The notes under the pieces were generated by a model, which made no database searches, was not told the DNA's origin, and saw only the letters and a list, made by a program, of their open reading frames with translations. This document shows positions 10,674 through 20,553 of a DNA stretch of 64,000 bases, in pieces; the first letter of the stretch is position 1; each line of letters opens with the position of its first letter. This DNA comes from Nitrososphaerales archaeon (GTDB lineage Archaea; Thermoproteota; Nitrososphaeria; Nitrososphaerales; UBA213), in contig CBDAOC010000018.1 in assembly GCA_965197925.1 (NCBI GenBank), forward strand, positions 239,346 to 303,345. Reading direction: 5' to 3'. The translations under genes were made by a program, and so were the position numbers.

Positions 10674-12134
10674 ATGGTATTGGACGTACCTCTAATTTTG
10701 GGACTGGCCGGTATTTTCATCCTTATTGGATATGTTAGCGATTACATCTTCAGGAGGTTCGGATTACCAGATATAATAATACTTCTTGCCATTGGGGTGA
10801 TGTTAGGACCAATATTTGGGGTTATTGAAAGGGTAGATATTATTGATTTTGCACCCCTCCTATCTGCACTGGTTATAACGATTATTCTTTTCGATGGTGG
10901 TCTCAACATGAACTACGAGCGTGTGCTAAAGGGAAGTGGTAGGGCGATGATAATAGCTTCTACTGGTATAGTTCTGACTATGATTGTAACTATGTTGGTA
11001 ACAGTTCCTACACTTGGTTGGGAACCTGAGATGGGTCTTCTGATGGGTGCAATTATTGGAGGAACAAGCGCAGCCATAGTGATCCCACTTGCGAATAAAA
11101 TACATTCTAATCAAAAAACATCAACACTGCTTACACTTGAATCTGCTTATACCGATGTGATCGTGATAATGGTCGTATTAGCTGTAATCCAGATCATAAC
11201 CATACAGACAAGCCCTGATGTTCTTGGTTTTGTAAGCAGAGGAATCGTTAACGGCTTTCTTATCGGTGCTGCTGTTGGCATTATAATAGGACTTGCATGG
11301 ATGCGTGCGCTTATAGCTATGAAGACGGCCTATGAAGACATTCTTACCTTAGCGATTGCATTTGTGCTATACGGTATAACTGAATTTCTGGGAGGAAGTG
11401 GTCCTGTTGCAGCACTTGCATTCGGTATAACTTTTGGAAATGCATCAAAGATTTTTCGATCTCTGAAGCACGAACTTCCTCATGTGATAGACTCAACTAT
11501 TGAGGTATCTGCTAAGAAGTTCCATTCACAGATATCATTCATGGTGCGTGCAATCTTCTTTGTCTTCTTGGGACTTATAATCTCAGTTAGCACCACTATG
11601 ATAATAGCGGGAATCATTATAGCATTAGCACTTTTCTTCGCAAGAATAGGCGCATCATGGATCAGCACTTACAGGGATCAGGAGCTAAGGAAGGATATGT
11701 GGCTTATTAGCTTCATGTTGCCGAGGGGTCTTGCTGCTGCGGTAGCGGCGCAATTACCATTGCTGTATAACATCGAAGGCGCATCGGTATTTACTGATAT
11801 TGCCTTTGTGGTTATAGTTGTTACGGTAGCAATTACTGGAATAGGAGTGAATACAACCAAGGCCTCGGTTTCACTATTACCTACACTGAAGAAAGTTACT
11901 GGTTCAATTGGAAGAACAGAGGTGTTCAAGAAATCAATGATATTAACAGCAATAGGATTTGCCATAACTATATCAGGCGTATTTGCATACAACGGTGTCA
12001 CTGGCGGTGAATTATTTGGAAAATTTACTCCAGTAATTGAACAGAGCAGAGTATCGGATCTTACCGTTAAACCCGTAGGAACAGATAGAACATACTTATT
12101 CGACAGCATTTCAACTGAGAAGAATGCAATATGA
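10674..12134 (+). CDS. Na+/H+ (cation:proton) antiporter, CPA1-like, with start of a C-terminal PKD domain
   Basis: 486 aa, ~11 TM helices, typical exchanger motifs (LFDGGL, ESAYTDV). Ends at an in-frame TGA inside a PKD-like domain. Confidence 0.85.
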   Translation: MVLDVPLILGLAGIFILIGYVSDYIFRRFGLPDIIILLAIGVMLGPIFGVIERVDIIDFAPLLSALVITIILFDGGLNMNYERVLKGSGRAMIIASTGIVLTMIVTMLVTVPTLGWEPEMGLLMGAIIGGTSAAIVIPLANKIHSNQKTSTLLTLESAYTDVIVIMVVLAVIQIITIQTSPDVLGFVSRGIVNGFLIGAAVGIIIGLAWMRALIAMKTAYEDILTLAIAFVLYGITEFLGGSGPVAALAFGITFGNASKIFRSLKHELPHVIDSTIEVSAKKFHSQISFMVRAIFFVFLGLIISVSTTMIIAGIIIALALFFARIGASWISTYRDQELRKDMWLISFMLPRGLAAAVAAQLPLLYNIEGASVFTDIAFVVIVVTVAITGIGVNTTKASVSLLPTLKKVTGSIGRTEVFKKSMILTAIGFAITISGVFAYNGVTGGELFGKFTPVIEQSRVSDLTVKPVGTDRTYLFDSISTEKNAI

Positions 12135-12311
12135 CAGTTCGGACCAAGTAATATTCTCTCACATAAATGGGAGTTCGGCGATGGTTCTAAAAGCAGTCAA
12201 GAGCAGGTAATACATCAATATACCGAATCGGGTGTTTACATAATCAAACTGACGCTAACTAGAGAAGATGGACGTGTATATTCAGAAAACATGGTAATCA
12301 CAATCCGGTAA
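12135..12311 (+). other. In-frame continuation after TGA encoding the second half of the PKD domain
   Basis: 58 sense codons in the same frame as 10674..12134: QFGPSNILSHKWEFGDGSKSSQEQVIHQYTESGVYIIKLTLTREDGRVYSENMVITIR. This contains the PKD signature WxFGDG...HxY...GxY. Confidence 0.7.
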
Positions 12312-12333
12312 TTGATCAGTAAAGCATATACTG

Positions 12334-12657
12334 TTGAATGAATGTTTATTTTTTGGATTGAAAGGATCTAAAAGAGATAACCTCTTGAAGAAACTTAAGG
12401 AGAAGGCTGATGTAGCGACAAAAACAGGTGCAGAAATCGGTAAGAAGGCTGTGGAAAAGGGACCAGAGTTTGGAAAGCAACTGAAAAGGCATGGCCTAAG
12501 ATCGATCGAGAGAAGCATCGGGGCTGCAAGGAAAGCGGCAAATTCTGGAGAGAAGAATATAGAGATTCTTAAACAACTTGCAGTACTAAAAGAAGAAGGT
12601 ATAATCACTGAAGAAGAGTTCATCAAGAAGAAGAAGGAGATTCTCGATAGAATTTGA
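12334..12657 (+). CDS. SHOCT-domain protein
   Basis: C-terminal LKQLAVLKEEGIITEEEFIKKKKEIL matches the short C-terminal (SHOCT) domain. Confidence 0.55.
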   Translation: MNECLFFGLKGSKRDNLLKKLKEKADVATKTGAEIGKKAVEKGPEFGKQLKRHGLRSIERSIGAARKAANSGEKNIEILKQLAVLKEEGIITEEEFIKKKKEILDRI

Positions 12658-12714
12658 AGTAAAAAGAGGAAAATCTTTTAGAGCTAGAAATTTCACTATA
12701 CTACTCTAGATAAT

Positions 12715-12942
12715 TTGTCAATATTCGCTATATTCCTATTATATAGAATGTATCCCATGACCCAGTCATCGTTGGACTATTTCCGGAAATTGATAGATGA
12801 ACACTTTGATAGAGAGAATATCATAATGAAAGAGATGCTAGAGGCGGATCTCTCGAAAGATGAATGGGTGCACCTCCAAAGTTTCATGAGAGCGCACTCT
12901 CACACCAAGTTTGTGACACAAATGAGAAGATACCAGAACTAG
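12715..12942 (+). CDS. Hypothetical protein
   Basis: 75-aa ORF, no family recognised. Confidence 0.3.
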   Translation: MSIFAIFLLYRMYPMTQSSLDYFRKLIDEHFDRENIIMKEMLEADLSKDEWVHLQSFMRAHSHTKFVTQMRRYQN

Positions 12943-12951
12943 CAAGATCAA

Positions 12952-13248
12952 TTGACCTCGAGTCAATATTTCGGGAAGGAAAGTTTAATAATTAACCGCA
13001 GTTATTTAAAACATATGGCAAAGGAAGTTTCTAAAAAAGAGACAGGTAAGATTAGAGGAGGAAAATTAAAGGGAATAGCTCTCTCAGAAAATAATACTTT
13101 TAGTGAAAGAATGAGAGCAATTGATCTTCTAGGAGAGCTTGGAGACGATGCATTTGATGAGCTTTCTGATATAGCATCAAAGGGGCTTACCTATAGTGAA
13201 AGAATGAATGCTCTCGACATGCTGGAAAAAATAATTAAAAGCGGTTAA
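12952..13248 (+). CDS. Hypothetical protein with HEAT-like repeats
   Basis: Two similar helical repeats (ERMRAIDLLGELG / ERMNALDMLEKI). The start may be the internal ATG at 13015. Confidence 0.35.
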   Translation: MTSSQYFGKESLIINRSYLKHMAKEVSKKETGKIRGGKLKGIALSENNTFSERMRAIDLLGELGDDAFDELSDIASKGLTYSERMNALDMLEKIIKSG

Positions 13249-13363
13249 GTTCAATCTGTTCTTTGTTTATTACACGTATAATCAAAAATCGTGGATAAGT
13301 ATGTTGGATGAATAAATAGACAATCCTTCTTTTCATGAAAAACCAAGAAAGGTTTAGTCGTGC

Positions 13364-13408
13364 ATATTTGATTATGTAATATTTGATTATGTAATATTTG
13401 ATTATGTT
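13364..13408. repeat. Tandem repeat, 3 x 15 bp (atatttgattatgta)
   Basis: Read directly. The third unit ends gtt. Intergenic. Confidence 0.9.
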
Positions 13409-13471
13409 AATCTGTAAAGATTATCCCTTCCTAAATTGAGAAGGAAAATGGGAAATCTATAGAAATCATCT

Positions 13472-14614
13472 CTAAGAGGGAATCAAACCCCTCTTGTTTA
13501 AGCGCTCCAACACAAATAACTCAGTTGCAACATCTATAATAGGTCTAGTTATATCACCAATCCTGTTCACTATATCACCAACTTTTCCAGACCATACAGT
13601 TGCGAATGATAACAAACAATCTGAATAAGCACTCAAAGCATCAGGGTGCATCATGGGCGGTTCCTTCACCCTTCCTTCTGAATACAACATTTTCCACCCA
13701 TTATCTATGTACCAGTTTCGCAAGAATTGTTTGCTAAAATCTTGCAAGTGTCTAGGTTCTTTCCTTATCTCATCGATCAAAACAGATAATTTTGCATGGT
13801 CAAGACTCCATCTACGTTCGTAGAAGTCAATAAGTCTTGTTATCATATTTGGATCTTTTATTTCCACTATATACCTGTCTTCTTCAGGATTTCCAAAAGT
13901 GTCTGCTAGACCAACTTTACCGTCTGAATCTACAAACAATTCGTACTTCCCATCTGACCTTAGCAGTCCCTTCTCCTTTGCATGTTTCGAAATTAACGAG
14001 ATGCATTTTTTTATAGTCTTCTGCCCTTGCTCCCACTGGTCATCAGTTAATCTTGATCTGCTTTTTGCTTCTTCTTCAGTTAATTGTATATCACCACTCT
14101 TGTCGTATTTTGTCGTAAATGTTAACTTGAAGTTGCCATGTTCCACGTCGGGAATAACCTTTCCACCTTCAGGCATTTCGGTAAACCCATAATCCCTGAA
14201 GTTCTCCTTACCATTTTTGAAATTACGCAAAAGGGATGATCTAGGATGTAAATAATAGTGAAAAATAACTTCAAGATCTACAACTCTATTTCTTGTACCA
14301 ACTTTGATCTCACTAGGGTCTTGTGGGAATCCACCCTCCCCAGGAACTCTTGCCACATATATCTTGCATCCATATTCAGTTGTCTCGATGAAACAAGTGC
14401 GTATGCCACCTCCCCTCGCTACTTCAAAACTCTTGTTGATGATATATGTCATGGCCACACTCTTGTTCTTAATATCAAAAGGCCACTTGCCCCTTATCTT
14501 GTAATCAAATATCGAGAATGAGTCCTTGGGAATAAAGTAACCTATTCCCATCTCATTATCCTTTGGCGATATTTCAATCACGATTTTTTTTGATGATCCC
14601 TCTCGTGTATACAT
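13472..14614 (-). CDS. SAICAR-synthetase-family protein, divergent, with ~110-aa C-terminal extension
   Basis: The order of PurC-like blocks is conserved (KDSFSIFD, VVDLEVIFHYYLHPRSS, LLRSDGKYELFVDSDGKVGLADTFGNPEEDRY). Overall similarity is weak and the protein is 380 aa. Confidence 0.45.
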   Translation of the reverse strand: MYTREGSSKKIVIEISPKDNEMGIGYFIPKDSFSIFDYKIRGKWPFDIKNKSVAMTYIINKSFEVARGGGIRTCFIETTEYGCKIYVARVPGEGGFPQDPSEIKVGTRNRVVDLEVIFHYYLHPRSSLLRNFKNGKENFRDYGFTEMPEGGKVIPDVEHGNFKLTFTTKYDKSGDIQLTEEEAKSRSRLTDDQWEQGQKTIKKCISLISKHAKEKGLLRSDGKYELFVDSDGKVGLADTFGNPEEDRYIVEIKDPNMITRLIDFYERRWSLDHAKLSVLIDEIRKEPRHLQDFSKQFLRNWYIDNGWKMLYSEGRVKEPPMMHPDALSAYSDCLLSFATVWSGKVGDIVNRIGDITRPIIDVATELFVLERLNKRGLIPS

Positions 14615-14771
14615 TTATGTCATTCTAAAAAACAACTATTCAAGTAATAAAAACATTCTAGGGTTTTTATATCACGTTTCTCTAATAATTCCCAATTTAG
14701 GGTAATATTTAGCTCATTATTACTATGATTAGAAAACAAAGGGATTAAAATCACAAAGCAATAACCGTATT

Positions 14772-15160
14772 GTGAAAAAAGCACCATTACGTAGGGATAT
14801 CTTTGAAATACTTGCCGATGAGGTCACAGTAAAACTGTTAAAATCAGCCTTAATAGGCTTCAGACCTAGGGGAAATATTGCGGGAAAGCTAAAGATAACG
14901 AAGAAACAGTATCAATTCGCCTTCATAAACTTGTTCAGGTTGGGCTTATCCACAAACGTAATGGCGTCTATATTCTCACAGTTCTTGGAGAGGTAGTTGA
15001 AAAAATAATTCTGAAGGTTGCAGATGATGTTATTTCAAATTATTGGAAGCTTAAAGCAATAGACTCGTTTGAAAAGAAAGAGATACCAGGGACAGAGAAA
15101 CGCAAAATAATTGATTCAATACTTTCAGATACTGTAATAAAAGAATACATAAGACAATGA
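14772..15160 (+). pseudogene. Winged-helix transcriptional regulator-like gene, frameshifted
   Basis: The frame of 14772..14996 switches near 14941-14946 (ttgggc). The shifted frame reads LIHKRNGVYILTVLGEVVEKIILKVADDV...IRQ* to 15160, consistent with 1 nt missing in a G run. Confidence 0.5.
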
Positions 15161-15462
15161 TGTGTTGAATAATTATCAAAAATCTTATCAAAGCAGAATA
15201 TGACTTTTACACTTCTAGAGAACTAATGCCTGGCAGTAGATTAAAGTATTATGAGTTTCTTGTACGACCAATTGCCAATTTACAAAAATTCAGACATTCT
15301 CAATATTCAAATACAACTCTGGAGATTATATGATGGTAATAAGACAAAAATACATCGCCAAGTAAGATACAACTATGGATGTGCAATATTCATTTCTAAA
15401 TAACTCATAGTGAAATAGATGTTATGAGATAGTTAAGATTTATAATCAAAATACGCAAAGCC

Positions 15463-15768
15463 ATGCTGTTGCCAATACCTGGTCCAGAATTTGACTCGGT
15501 AGAAGATCCTGTCGACGTGATCAGGGATTTTTTGAAGAGAAATAATAAGGATGCTTGGCTGCCCGAAGAGATAAGCGAGCACACGGGCATAGATATGACT
15601 ACTGTATATCACATATGTCAAATGATTCGCGCAAGGCATGTTCAATCTGCTGCTAAAGGAGAGTTCTTTCCAATACGATCAATAGAAAGGCTTGGCCAGA
15701 TGTACTTCAAGTGGACTTCGCGAAGAAGAAAGTCAACAAGCAAGGAAAACCAAAAAAAAGATTTATAA
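15463..15768 (+). CDS. Hypothetical small wHTH-like protein
   Basis: 101 aa. LPEEISEHTGIDMTTVYHICQMI resembles an HTH, with a basic tail. Confidence 0.4.
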   Translation: MLLPIPGPEFDSVEDPVDVIRDFLKRNNKDAWLPEEISEHTGIDMTTVYHICQMIRARHVQSAAKGEFFPIRSIERLGQMYFKWTSRRRKSTSKENQKKDL

Positions 15769-16248
15769 CTCTATAAATTCAGGCTGTTTGGTTTCTGTAT
15801 CAAATATCACTACTGTAGCTTTACCTCTAAATCCATGCGTCGTTCCTGGATTGAGAACCAGCGTTTTACCAATTTTTCTATTAACTATTGTATGTGTATG
15901 GCCATAAATGAGAACGTCATATTTTCCACATTCTATCAACGCATCATTTAACTGTGATTCTGTTCCGTGATAAACTGCAATTTTTATTCCTTCCTGTTCA
16001 ATCGTACAGAAATCCCCTCTAATATCCCCTCCTATCTGATCAAAGGCACTAATTAGCCCGAATTTATCCCCATCATTATTCCCAAATATTCCAACAAGTT
16101 TTAATCCCTCAAGGGCTTTAACTATTCCAGGGCTAACATAGTCGCCTGCGTGAATAACAAAGTTTACCTGTTTATCTTTGAATAATAGAACAGCTTTCTT
16201 GATATTATCTAAATGATCATGGGAATCTGATATTATACCTATTTTCAC
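15763..16248 (-). CDS. YfcE/MJ0936-family metallophosphoesterase
   Basis: ISDSHD, HAGDY, GNNDGD, YGHTH motifs in the canonical order. Confidence 0.85.
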   Translation of the reverse strand: MKIGIISDSHDHLDNIKKAVLLFKDKQVNFVIHAGDYVSPGIVKALEGLKLVGIFGNNDGDKFGLISAFDQIGGDIRGDFCTIEQEGIKIAVYHGTESQLNDALIECGKYDVLIYGHTHTIVNRKIGKTLVLNPGTTHGFRGKATVVIFDTETKQPEFIEL

Positions 16249-16370
16249 AATTTTTATTTGGAAATCAAGCTAATAGATTTTTCTAAAGACCTAATTCATC
16301 TATTTGGTCTTATAATAGGATAACTCCTCTCATTCTCCTTTTGAAGGTGTTATATCACCAATTATATAAT

Positions 16371-17464
16371 TGAGGCTTGGGCGTAATTTAGTTCGAAACG
16401 ATAAGATCAGGTTCCATTTTTCATTGGTAATGTGTTTAGCTCAGACTCGATACTTCTTCGCATATTATTTTTGATTGGTGTGATTCGGTCAAAACCTAAT
16501 AGGAAAAGGGGTAGACCATTTTATTATTCTCCTACAGTTATGGTGAGATGCTTCATCGTTAGAGTATGGATAAGAATACCAAGCAACAATGCTTTGCATG
16601 AATATTTTTCGATAGATATGCCATACAACAGGAAGGTAATGAAGGCATGTGGTCTTAATAGATTGCCAGACAGAAGAACATTCGACAGAAGGTTCAAGGC
16701 CATATCAATTGACATAAGATCAAGGATAGATGTTATGGGTATGCTCTTCATAAAAGATGGGTTGGTAGACCCAGCCATAGTATCCGTTGACAGTTCATTG
16801 TTGAAAGCAAAGGGACATGTATGGCATAGATCAAACATGAAGAAGAATGAAGTGCCACGCTCCGGTATAGATACAGATGCTCGATGGGGCTACAGCAGAA
16901 CCAAGGGATGGATATTCGAATACAAGATGCATCTAGCATGTAGCACAGGTTCGTTGATAGTTCCATTATCAGCTGATTTCTCAACAGCTAACATTACTGA
17001 TAACAAGATGTATGAAAGCATAACATCTTCATTGCCTACAGGAATGGTAAGGTATGTTGTAGGAGATGAAGGATATGATGATCACAAGTTATGTGATTTC
17101 AACAGGTAAAGGATTCCTGCTTATATTTCCATTGTAAAGGTATGAGCATACTATAGACAATGATAGGTAGCTTTATTACAGTTCTATCAATCGGAATTTG
17201 GACAGCATGCATATTCGCAAATAAGTATAAGCGTTGAACCATTGATAGAGGACATAAAGGATGTATTTGATATAGGCCCACTACCTGTTTAGAGGATTTG
17301 ATAAAACTAGCAGCATCGTTCTGATTTCTATATTGCTATACCAGCTGATGGTATACTACAACTACTTGACAGGAAGGCCTCTGAAGGATTTGAAGCACAG
17401 GCTGGGAAGCTAAAGAAACAATATCAAAATATTATTATTGTTATTGAATTATACCCAAGCCTCA
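16371..17464 (+). mobile_element. IS-A copy 2, decayed
   Basis: Terminal repeats tgaggcttgggcg...acccaagcctca. The N-terminal 225 codons are continuous (16432..17109). The C-terminal third is broken by several indels and stops. Confidence 0.85.
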
Positions 17465-17722
17465 AGTAGTTGGGTAACATAATAGACAAGAATTTAAATC
17501 ATATTCCGATTCATCATGTATTAGTCAAGTAATCCTGCTCTATATTTCGTACATAAGGGAAAAGATATGTAATGTTTGCCGTTCAAATTGAGAAACTAAA
17601 TCCAAAATTGAGCGTATTTTTTAACATAATTTTGAACATTATTGGTTTGAGTTTGTGATAATCACTACATCAGCATCTGGTCGAGGTCAACAACAATAAT
17701 TTCAATAATTTGAACGTGAGAA

Positions 17723-17798
17723 TGGGGTCGGTGGGATTTGAACCCACGATCACCAGCGCCCCGGGCTGGTATCTTTGACCAAGCTAGACAACGACCCC
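17723..17798 (-). tRNA. tRNA-Pro (anticodon GGG), no intron, CCA not encoded
   Basis: Hand-folded cloverleaf: GGGGUCG/CGACCCC acceptor, GUGGG-UUCAAAU-CCCAC T-arm, anticodon arm CCAGC-CCGGGGC-GCUGG. Position 33 reads C rather than U. Confidence 0.8.
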
Positions 17799-18374
17799 AT
17801 GAGGGTCTTGATCATGTTTTTGGGTTATTTATTTCAGCAAGATTACCTAATCATTAGACAATATTTCAACTCATTTCCAGTGATTTATACAGCTCTTAAT
17901 TTCCACTTTTGCTCTCGCCAGGGTTAGTAGAAATTAGAAGTGCTTAATTACTCCCAAATCTGTTGCATTTATAGAATCCAGTCCTAGATAGGTTTTCTAA
18001 CTATTGTATGTATTGTAAAACCAATGGTGACAATCCCGTTATGAATTTTCACCTAGATTACAAGCTTCAGAAAAATACACTATATAGTTTGGTGATGAAA
18101 CCCTTAGAGATTGTAAACATGAATCTACCTATAAAAAAAAAGATTATTGTGAAGACATTATCAAACAAGTTATTCTTTATGATACTCTCGACAAAAATTG
18201 TAGCAAAAAATTGCAATGTATTAGGCTAAAGATCGATTTATTAAGAAAACGAGAGGAACAAGATTTTAGCACTGAATTTAATTATATGCGCTCAATTCTT
18301 TAGATACCCTTTAAGTTTTCCGTTTTATTATAACTTACTATAAAAAGAAGAAAATATAGGGCCCATTAAAAGGC

Positions 18375-18860
18375 CTATCTTGATTTTACCTTCACTTTTT
18401 TCTTGGGTTTAATGTTAGTTTTTACCTTACCTATTGATTTCACTTTAATTTTCTTTGTTTTCCCTCTGAGTATCATCTCTGTATTCTTTTCTATCAAGGT
18501 AACTTGCTTGTTGATCTGCCTCATCCATGATTGAATCTCTTTAGTTGTGTATAATTGCTTTTGACTGTTCTTGAGTTGACCCTGAATGGGTCGTAGTATT
18601 TTTTCTATATTCTGCAGTTGCTCTTGTTGCTTCTTGAAAAGGGTTGAGAGACGGGCAATATTTGGACCAGTATCCTTTTTCTTTGTAGATTTTGCTCTCG
18701 GTTTTAGTTCCTTAGGTTTAGGCTTAGGCTCGAGCATTATCTGCTCATTCTGAGACGATTCCAAAGGGTTTGGCAAATCTGAGGTAACTTCTAAACCTTC
18801 TGCTGCATTTTGGGTATCTGTTGTTGTTTGAGATATTTCAGGTTCACTAAATTGCGACAT
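18375..18860 (-). CDS. Hypothetical Lys/Gln-rich coiled-coil protein
   Basis: 161-aa ORF, low complexity. IS-B copy A begins 6 bp upstream of its ATG. Confidence 0.4.
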   Translation of the reverse strand: MSQFSEPEISQTTTDTQNAAEGLEVTSDLPNPLESSQNEQIMLEPKPKPKELKPRAKSTKKKDTGPNIARLSTLFKKQQEQLQNIEKILRPIQGQLKNSQKQLYTTKEIQSWMRQINKQVTLIEKNTEMILRGKTKKIKVKSIGKVKTNIKPKKKVKVKSR

Positions 18861-18865
18861 ACTTA

Positions 18866-19906
18866 GGGCTTATCCTAAAATTAACATCATAGCCTAATTG
18901 TTTATACCGAAACAGATCTAGATCTGTCTCTCTAGCTAAATTTGTGAGAAAATCAAAGAAAAAGAGCATGCCGACCATATGGCATATACCAAATGATCTA
19001 TGGGTAGAGTTCAAACTAGTACTGCCGCCAGGGAAACCAGCAAGAACAGTTGGAAGGCCAGCTGTACCATTTAGAAAAGTGTTGAATGGAATACTGTACG
19101 TATTAAGAACTGGATGCCAGTGGAAGAAGGTATCTAAAGAATTTGGTTCTGGTTCAACTTGCCATGCAAGATTTCAGGAATGGATTGGGATAGGAGTATT
19201 CAAGAAGGTATGGAAGAGGCTGCTGGAAATATATGATGAATTGAAGGGTATAGGATGGGACTAGCAATCCATGGATAGCGTACCGAAGGCCCCATTAGGG
19301 GGAAAACGACCGGAGCAAACCCAACGGATAGAGGCAAGCTAGGTACCAAACGTCACATGCTGGTTGATAGAAGAAGAGTACCTCTCTCATCTGTAATTAC
19401 TGGAACAAATAAACACGATATGAAATCAGCCTTTCCTACAATAGATAGCATTGTTGTTGATAGGCCCAAAGTTAAACAGAACATATGCATGAATAGGATA
19501 TGATTTTCCAGAGATAGAGTATGGAGTTAGGAGAAGGGGATATGTGGATCACATTCGTCGTAAGGGTGAAGTATTGAAAAAGAATTTGTACAAAGCAAAG
19601 GTGGGTTGTAGAAAGAACCGCATCTTGGCATAACAGGTTCAGAAAGTTATTGGTAAGGTTCGAGAAGAGAGAGGAAAATTATCAGGCGCTAGTAGAATTT
19701 GCTAACTGCCTAATAGTGTACAGAGCGATATATTGGTAGTGTCATAAACACGTTAATGCAACTGTCTCTAGTATCTACTATCTACAATACTAATAAAATC
19801 AATAGTAAGAAAACTAAACCTGGCAGTATGAACTAATATTCTTGCATTCTAAATGTTATCATTTCTACCAATCATTAACTATCAGCTAGAATTTTAGGAT
19901 AGACTC
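18866..19906 (+). mobile_element. IS-B copy A (IS5-family, IS1031/IS427-like), decayed
   Basis: Inverted repeats gggcttatcctaaaatt...gaattttaggatagactc, flanked by TTA/TTA. ORF1 is truncated by TGG-to-TAG at 19261-19263. Confidence 0.85.
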
Positions 19907-20232
19907 TTAAACGACTTTGCCGTTCTTAAAATCGTTTGTGATGGATTTTTATGTATTTCTTTGTAAGAATTCTCCAACTTCGAGCCTTCGCCGAGTGCAA
20001 CAATTAAAATCCTGTAAATAATAACCCTTAACAAGTATACGGGAGTATTACACAACATAAGATGAGTTTAGGTTCTTTACAAATCAAGATTTTCATAGAT
20101 TACTTTTCATTACATATCGTCAACAACTGATTTTTATTAGAAGAATAAGCTGCATCCAATACTATCTACACTCTTATCCTTATCTAGATTATTTGATTAT
20201 TATTTTCTTCCTAAAATATTGTTATTTTTGGT

Positions 20233-20371
20233 GCCTTGTTGCATAACTATGAAATCCTATTACTGAATAACGAAATTATTCTGTTATTGTGGTATGAAAT
20301 TCTTAATTGCATTTCCATTATTTAACCATAAGACAAAAAATTACAGAATCTTTGAGTTATGCAACAAAGTG
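20233..20371. mobile_element. MITE copy 1 (139 bp) with 9-bp target-site duplication
   Basis: Terminal inverted repeats gccttgttgcataact / agttatgcaacaaag. Flanked by atttttggt at 20224-20232 and 20372-20380. Non-coding. Confidence 0.8.
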
Positions 20372-20553
20372 ATTTTTGGTATTAAACAAACTGATCCAGT
20401 TCTTCTGACGAAGTTAGTTCAATTTAATATTAGGAATTATTATTCAGATGTAATTTCTTGACAAACCACCAGCACTGGGAAATAATTATCCTACTATAAT
20501 ACACTTTTAAAATAAGATGATTAATAAAGAGCAAGTCTCGAATTTCCAGACGC

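Noticed and set aside
12132-12134. The in-frame TGA in the antiporter/PKD gene read as selenocysteine
   Set aside because: I saw no stem-loop resembling an archaeal SECIS downstream. PKD domains have no conserved Cys/Sec at this position, and nothing in the window suggests Sec machinery. A nonsense mutation is the simpler reading.
13364-13408. Tandem repeats (13364..13408 and 45684..45721) as possible CRISPR arrays
   Set aside because: They have only 2-3 contiguous units with no spacers. No repeat-spacer periodicity or cas genes occur anywhere in the window.
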